Below are positions 35,648 to 40,586 of a stretch of DNA of 40,586 nt, piece after piece (the first letter of the stretch is position 1; each line of letters starts with the position of its first letter). The DNA lies in NCBI RefSeq assembly GCF_055900595.2, contig NZ_JBVWEU010000005.1. The stretch is one strand, 5' to 3'. Position numbers and translations under genes: made by a program. This DNA comes from a plasmid. Under the pieces are notes generated by a model, which saw only the letters and a list, made by a program, of their open reading frames with translations, ran no database searches and was not told the origin of the DNA.

Positions 35648-36274
35648 TTACTTATTTTTATGTTTAGACCATACAGCTTTTACAAGACTAACGCTACATT
35701 CACAAAGTTTCGCTGTTTCCGCAATACTCGTCTTCCTTGAACGATACTCAATGATGCGTTTATGGAGCCGTAGATTTGCAGTTCGCCCCTGATACCGGCC
35801 TTGCCGTTTAGCCAGCTCAATACCCTCTTTCTGGCGTTTACGACGGTTTTCATACTCATCCCTTGCCAACTGTAGGGCAACTTTGAGTAACATATCCTGA
35901 ACAGATTCCAGAACGACCTTCGCGACACCGGATTGAGCGTTTGCCAGTTCGGTAAGATCCACAATACCGGGAATGGCGAGCTTCGCTCCCCGCTCTTTTA
36001 TAGAGTTTATTAACGCTAACGCACTATCGAGCGGTAAACGACTGATACGATCTATATGTTCTGCAATAACTACTTCGTCTAGCTGCAGATCATCAATCAT
36101 ACGTTGCAGTTCCGGGCGGTCAGCTCTTGCACCGGACGCCTTTTCTTTATAGATACCGGCAACATAGAATCCATTATTCCTGGCATTTTCAATAATTTCA
36201 TTTTGCCGGGTTAAATCTTGTTCGTCTGTACTAACCCGCAAATATATTCGCGCTATTTTCATATAATAAAACAC
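35648..36274 (-). CDS. serine recombinase (resolvase/invertase family)
   Basis: 208 aa; N-terminal catalytic motif YLRVSTDEQ, C-terminal HTH. Confidence 0.8.
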   Translation of the reverse strand: MFYYMKIARIYLRVSTDEQDLTRQNEIIENARNNGFYVAGIYKEKASGARADRPELQRMIDDLQLDEVVIAEHIDRISRLPLDSALALINSIKERGAKLAIPGIVDLTELANAQSGVAKVVLESVQDMLLKVALQLARDEYENRRKRQKEGIELAKRQGRYQGRTANLRLHKRIIEYRSRKTSIAETAKLCECSVSLVKAVWSKHKNK

Positions 36275-36345
36275 CCCAGCAAATCAATCACGCAATCATC
36301 TATCAATATTCTCTGGTTATGTCTCTTTCTCGCATTATCCATTCG

Positions 36346-36711
36346 TTATTTAATTATGTTTTCTGATGCATGGAGCAACCAGTAGAATATAATCATTCCC
36401 GCACCAGAAAACACTGCGGCGACAGCGAGCCACAAACGCTTATGCACTCCTTCTGATATGCCTGAGAAATATCCTGTATGGAGTAGCAGCAGCGACCATG
36501 ACAACCCTCCTGCCAGACCCAGCAGGGCAGGAGGGATATGCCACAGTTCATATTTCATAATAACAATACCTTCTGCCATCATCATGGACAGAGTGCAAAC
36601 AACAAAACAGTCCCATGAAAAAAAACGCCTGTCAGCAGCAAGAAAAATCACTGTCAGTGACATCACTGTCACTTGGGCCAGCAATAAAGGCCATAAAGAA
36701 ATAAAATTCAT
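36346..36711 (-). CDS. small integral membrane protein
   Basis: 121 aa, 3-4 hydrophobic helices; upstream of the recombinase on the same strand. Confidence 0.45.
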   Translation of the reverse strand: MNFISLWPLLLAQVTVMSLTVIFLAADRRFFSWDCFVVCTLSMMMAEGIVIMKYELWHIPPALLGLAGGLSWSLLLLHTGYFSGISEGVHKRLWLAVAAVFSGAGMIIFYWLLHASENIIK

Positions 36712-36771
36712 TTAATCTTCTCCTCAAGTGCCTTTAAAGTAAATGCGTAGGCTAGTTAATTAAGGTATACC

Positions 36772-36803
36772 CTAAAAAACCACTCGGTGAGTGGCAGGTT
36801 TTT
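36772..36803. terminator. bidirectional hairpin terminator
   Basis: CCACTC-GGT-GAGTGG stem-loop flanked by an A-run on one side and a T-run on the other. Confidence 0.45.
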
Positions 36804-37012
36804 TACTGCACTCACAGTGTAAACTGGCCAGGACAATCAAGGCAACCTTAAAAAGCCATCAATGTGATAAAAATGACATGACATCACTTTTATCACTTTT
36901 TAATGTGGTAGCATCATCTAATGTTGAATCATTAATTACTGTCATTTACTACAAGATTTACGCCATAAGAAAAAAAGCAAAACTCGTAATATTAGCTATC
37001 AGCAGCTACGAT

Positions 37013-37025
37013 TTTAGCCGCTAAA
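37013..37025. promoter_or_regulatory. KorB operator (OB) TTTAGCCGCTAAA
   Basis: Perfect 13-bp palindrome. Confidence 0.8.
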
Positions 37026-37039
37026 AGATTCTCTTACTT

Positions 37040-37663
37040 CTATTTATCTTTAAATTCATCCTGCAGCTTATCAATGCCTTTAGTTAAATCTTGACTTTTA
37101 CCATCTTTATAATCAGGCCATGGAATAAACATCTTTCCTGATTCCTGCATCATTGCAATTGATGTAGGACAGCGCCATTCAGATTCATCACCTTTTTTGT
37201 ATTTAAAAACAACCATTCCACGTTCACACTTAACATCGGGGGAAATGGACTGAATAAACATCGAATTAGCGGAACCATTCTCACCGGCATTGAACATTGC
37301 GCTGTCAAAAAATATAAATGCGAGAATTAATGAGAGAACGGCACAACCAGTATTCCAGAATTTCTTTCCACGTTCGGAATAAAATGAAAACATCATCACC
37401 ATTGCTAGAGATGAAATAAAACCTAACCATTGTGACGCAACTGAAAGTTGTGAAAGCGTTTTAACTGTATAACCACCTTCACCAGAAAGGAAAGACAAAA
37501 TAAACGGTGAAACAATAAAGCAAATTGCTGGAAAACAGGTAAATATCAGTTTGGCATTATTCTTGATTAACTGGCGCTCTCCAGAAGCCGCCGCGATCAT
37601 CGACTGCCACATGATTTTTACCAGCGTCAGCATCAGAACACTGCAGATCAACATATAAAGCAC
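37040..37663 (-). CDS. membrane protein with C-terminal soluble domain, under two putative OC operators
   Basis: 207 aa, about 4 TM helices then a charged C-terminal region; function unknown. Confidence 0.55.
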   Translation of the reverse strand: MLYMLICSVLMLTLVKIMWQSMIAAASGERQLIKNNAKLIFTCFPAICFIVSPFILSFLSGEGGYTVKTLSQLSVASQWLGFISSLAMVMMFSFYSERGKKFWNTGCAVLSLILAFIFFDSAMFNAGENGSANSMFIQSISPDVKCERGMVVFKYKKGDESEWRCPTSIAMMQESGKMFIPWPDYKDGKSQDLTKGIDKLQDEFKDK

Positions 37664-37706
37664 GGCTTACTCCCAATCCTTAGACGCTTTGAAAACCACT
37701 TGCAAA

Positions 37707-37723
37707 TAGGACAAAATGTCCTA
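37707..37723. promoter_or_regulatory. putative KorC-type operator TAGGACA-AAA-TGTCCTA
   Basis: Perfect 17-bp palindrome 44 bp upstream of the 207-aa gene. Confidence 0.55.
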
Positions 37724-37732
37724 TCATAGATG

Positions 37733-37749
37733 CAGGACATAATGTCCTA
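37733..37749. promoter_or_regulatory. putative KorC-type operator CAGGACA-TAA-TGTCCTA
   Basis: Second copy 10 bp from the first; tandem arrangement. Confidence 0.5.
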
Positions 37750-37816
37750 TATGAAGGATGATAGGGAGGCAGCAACCTCCCTATCCGACACCTAAAATCC
37801 GTGCAAGGAATTTGAA

Positions 37817-38023
37817 ATGTCCCATATATCCTATAGCAAAACAGCATCATATGACAGACGGCCACTGGAGTATCTTTCCCTGTCAGATTTCATCCATGCT
37901 CTTCCAACCGTTACCATTGATGAGATTGAAAAACTCGCTGAGACAAACATCCACTTGGTCGAGCAGATACCACGTTACCTGAGCCAAATGGTCAGCCATG
38001 AATGCAGACTTATTGGTTTTTAA
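37817..38023 (+). CDS. small ORF in the divergent intergenic region
   Basis: 68 aa with AAGGA-like SD; may be a leader or regulatory peptide, or spurious. Confidence 0.25.
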   Translation: MSHISYSKTASYDRRPLEYLSLSDFIHALPTVTIDEIEKLAETNIHLVEQIPRYLSQMVSHECRLIGF

Positions 38024-38097
38024 TAGATCTTATTAAAAATAAATAGATACATATAGAATCAATTTGAAACTTTTAATGAAGACAAACCGCCCTCATT

Positions 38098-39084
38098 ATG
38101 AAGCCACACACTCTCCCAAAATGGTGCGTTATGAAAAAATTTCAGGTCAGAAATTTCCCGGACGATGCATATTTCGCCTTGGAACAGTTAGCAAACGAAA
38201 ATCAACGTTCGGTCGAAGGTGAGGCCCGCTATGCTCTGTTGAAATGGATAGCACCTCCTGAGCAGGTTTATTCTGGAGAAGAACTATACCGGCAGGAAGT
38301 GTCTGGCCGCCTCAATACAGTTCTGCGGAAAACCAACCAATTCCGTAACTACAAACCTCTTGTGCCGTCCAATGTGGCCGTAGAGCTGAGGATTGAAGAT
38401 CTTGGCCTTGTCGCCAACTGGTTCAGTGGTGACGTACTCCCTTCCTTCACTGAGCTGCAGCGGTTAAGCAAGTTATTTGGTTGTCGCGCCGACTGGTTAA
38501 TTCACGGTGAGGGGGATGTGTATGAATGGAACTCAGGCGTCAGAATGCACGGCGCAGGCCGGGCTGCTGTTAAGCACCTTCTCAGACCTGATAGTGATGG
38601 TAATAAAGTCACAGACATCAGGCTGCTAAGAGAAGATAGTGATATAGGAGCACTTCTGATACTCCGTGAGTTTGAAAATACACGGTATGTTGATGCGTTC
38701 TGGACAAACCTACACGTAAGTGAAGCCATTGGAGCCGGTGGCGAGTCTGATTTGGCTGATTTTTTTGTCACTCTTCGGGCGCTGTACAAGAGTTTTGTCA
38801 AACTTGATGTAAACGTCAAAGGCTACCTTATGCCGCGATCTGCCTATAAGCAAATCAGAGAAGAGGAACAAGCCTATCCACTGATGCTTCTCAAGGATTA
38901 TCGTGTAAATGAAAGCATGTGGTGGGAGGATATTTGGGATAAAAGTCAAAGAGGTAAATTTAATTACTGGAAAGGTGATGAGGCGCTGATTCGTCGCATT
39001 GAAGATGCAATAAAGCGTAATAAAAGATTGCTTGATGAAATTGAAGCTATTAAAAACTCAGATCCTTTGGACCATGATGATTAA
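38098..39084 (+). CDS. multidomain protein: Arc/MetJ-type ribbon-helix-helix, XRE-like HTH and a ~180-aa C-terminal domain of unknown function
   Basis: Segment MKKFQVRNFPDDAYFALEQLANENQRSVEGEARYALLKW resembles RHH proteins; ...LSKLFGCRADWLIHGEG resembles the end of an XRE HTH. True start may be the ATG at 38131. Confidence 0.55.
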   Translation: MKPHTLPKWCVMKKFQVRNFPDDAYFALEQLANENQRSVEGEARYALLKWIAPPEQVYSGEELYRQEVSGRLNTVLRKTNQFRNYKPLVPSNVAVELRIEDLGLVANWFSGDVLPSFTELQRLSKLFGCRADWLIHGEGDVYEWNSGVRMHGAGRAAVKHLLRPDSDGNKVTDIRLLREDSDIGALLILREFENTRYVDAFWTNLHVSEAIGAGGESDLADFFVTLRALYKSFVKLDVNVKGYLMPRSAYKQIREEEQAYPLMLLKDYRVNESMWWEDIWDKSQRGKFNYWKGDEALIRRIEDAIKRNKRLLDEIEAIKNSDPLDHDD

Positions 39085-39095
39085 CGTTCATTTAT

Positions 39096-39108
39096 TTTAG
39101 CCGCTAAA
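39096..39108. promoter_or_regulatory. KorB operator (OB) TTTAGCCGCTAAA
   Basis: Perfect 13-bp palindrome 12 bp after the stop of the RHH-HTH gene. Confidence 0.8.
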
Positions 39109-39118
39109 AATTAACAAT

Positions 39119-39146
39119 AGCCGGGGTTTACCCGGCTGTTTTATTT
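39119..39146 (+). terminator. rho-independent terminator
   Basis: Hairpin AGCCGGG-GTTTA-CCCGGCT followed by GTTTTATTT. Confidence 0.55.
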
Positions 39147-39356
39147 CACATTCCGCCAGGCAGACGCAGGAACCTTATCCCAGATTTTTCCATGATAAAT
39201 TTCTGCCTTGCGATGATCATAAGCACTCAGAAAATCGCTAAGATGTTCAGAAGAAACAATGTCCCGCTTATGTTCATAAAGGCGTTCAACTGTATCTATC
39301 GTTCTGCAACGCCGGAACATATACAAAAACTCGGACCTTTTATCTGAATGACTCAC
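39141..39356 (-). CDS. small hypothetical protein downstream of the lipoprotein gene
   Basis: 71-aa ORF whose first codon is GTG; overlaps the lipoprotein stop. Confidence 0.3.
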   Translation of the reverse strand: MSHSDKRSEFLYMFRRCRTIDTVERLYEHKRDIVSSEHLSDFLSAYDHRKAEIYHGKIWDKVPASAWRNVK

Positions 39357-39844
39357 TTAGTTAGTCCTTTTGCCTTAGCCTGTTCTACTGCATCTGCAAT
39401 ATCTTTAATCATTTCGCTCATTACATCAGCGCTGAACAACGGGCCTGCCGAAGTCATTACGGCGACATGATACAGCTTTAGCGGTGTGCCTTTGCTGTAT
39501 TGCTCGCTGGAACTAATGCTCAAAACGGAGTAAGACACCTTTTCAGTATTCGAGCCGCAAACCTTTTTATTGACATCAATAATACGGCTGTCTTTATTTT
39601 TCGAAAGAGTCTGTGTAAGTACACCAGAGTAAATACATTTATCGTCGTGTGATATTAAGTTTATTTCCTTCGGCGTAATGTCATTTTTTTCAATCGGAGT
39701 ATCTAGCATCACCATTATTGGTGTTTCATCAGCGTTTCCTTTTATCATATTATCAACAATTCCACAGCCAGCACATGGAAATCCGGTGGCATAAGTTAAA
39801 GGGGTAAAAATTAATAAAAACGCTGCGATATATATCTTTTTCAT
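39353..39844 (-). CDS. secreted protein or lipoprotein of unknown function
   Basis: 163 aa with N-terminal signal peptide MKKIYIAAFLLIFTPLTYA; low GC; downstream of the primase gene. Confidence 0.5.
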   Translation of the reverse strand: MKKIYIAAFLLIFTPLTYATGFPCAGCGIVDNMIKGNADETPIMVMLDTPIEKNDITPKEINLISHDDKCIYSGVLTQTLSKNKDSRIIDVNKKVCGSNTEKVSYSVLSISSSEQYSKGTPLKLYHVAVMTSAGPLFSADVMSEMIKDIADAVEQAKAKGLTK

Positions 39845-39989
39845 TTTCTGTCCTTAAAAGTAATCTTTTGATGCATTTAATTTTACCATTAAAACGAGCG
39901 CAAATTAGTGAGCGGTCCGCTCTTTTCCCTCCCTATTCCACGAGAGTAAACCATTTACTGGCCCGCAGGCAGGCCAGAGTCAGAACATC

Positions 39990-40586
39990 TTACATAGCGT
40001 GGCGAATGGTCCGTTTTTTCTCTTTTTCCTGAATGAGTTTCTTCTCTTCGGTCTGGACCTGTGACTGCTGCTGTTTTTTATTCAGCTGGTCAGCAATGAC
40101 GGCTTTCAACTGCATCGCCACACCTTCCCGGCCAAGAGAACTATTTACGGCCAGATCGTTAAAGTCAGTATAACGATCAGCACGGCGAATAATATCAAGC
40201 TGCTTTTCCGATAACTGTGCTGCCTGCAGAACCTTCACTTCGGCATCCGAGAGTGGCTTATCACCGCTCGTATGGGCCTCCAGTTTGCGCGAGGCGGTCT
40301 GGTGTGCAAGATACGCCGCCGGTTTAATCTGGCTGAGTTCGTCTTTACCAGGTAATTCACCTTTAGCAAAAACCGGAAACACAGCCACACCGCCGACAGC
40401 TTTCGCTGTTTCCAGCGCTTTTTCCCTACCGACGTTTACACTGGCTTTATCCTTCACCTTCATTTTGCATGACTGAGAAATATCATCATCACCGGCAATG
40501 ATGATTGGCTTATCGGGGTAGGCTTCTTTAAGCGTTTTCGCGACAGATTCCAGATTACCTGAATCGAAGGCGGCGACCGTTGGTAT
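39990..40586 (-). CDS. traC: C-terminal part of a Toprim primase (IIIAGDDD motif); most likely the continuation of traC across the window junction
   Basis: Minus-strand frame is open from 40586 to the stop at 39990: IPTVAAFDSGNLESVAKTLKEAYPDKPIIIAGDDD... The codon phase matches the left-edge ORF exactly. Confidence 0.6.
   Translation of the reverse strand: MPTVAAFDSGNLESVAKTLKEAYPDKPIIIAGDDDISQSCKMKVKDKASVNVGREKALETAKAVGGVAVFPVFAKGELPGKDELSQIKPAAYLAHQTASRKLEAHTSGDKPLSDAEVKVLQAAQLSEKQLDIIRRADRYTDFNDLAVNSSLGREGVAMQLKAVIADQLNKKQQQSQVQTEEKKLIQEKEKKRTIRHAM

Noticed and set aside
1-40586. Looked for antibiotic resistance genes, transposases, integron integrase, IS inverted repeats, tRNA or rRNA genes
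   Set aside because: No ORF showed recognisable motifs of these classes, and no structured RNA genes were evident by eye; absence cannot be proven without searches.

Overview
The window reads as a compact IncP-1 (RK2/RP4-type) conjugative plasmid backbone, with gene order and operator motifs matching that architecture throughout. Calls rest on reading the six-frame translations and the DNA by eye; no database search or computation was run. Minus strand, left to right: a TraC-like primase (runs off the left edge), topoisomerase III, TraF, TraG coupling protein, TraI relaxase with a nested TraH-like frame, and TraJ. Then oriT, traK-traL-traM on the plus strand, and a central control region (kfrA-like, korB, incC, korA). 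Next come a three-gene operon ending in a zeta-toxin-like P-loop kinase, korC-like/klcB/klcA, an iteron-type oriV, trfA and ssb. The plus strand then carries trbA and a complete trbB-to-trbN type IV secretion operon. The last ~5 kb holds a lower-GC block (serine recombinase, XRE regulator, membrane proteins, a multidomain RHH-HTH protein, a lipoprotein). Non-coding DNA carries eleven KorB-type operators, two KorA-type operators and four TAGGACA-N3-TGTCCTA palindromes. No resistance genes, transposases, integrons, CRISPR arrays or rRNA/tRNA genes were recognised. The two window ends join in frame inside the primase gene, so the window may be a whole circular replicon of about 40.6 kb. The best candidates for something undescribed are the Kor-controlled kinase operon and the RHH-HTH protein with its divergent membrane partner; both are unverified hypotheses.
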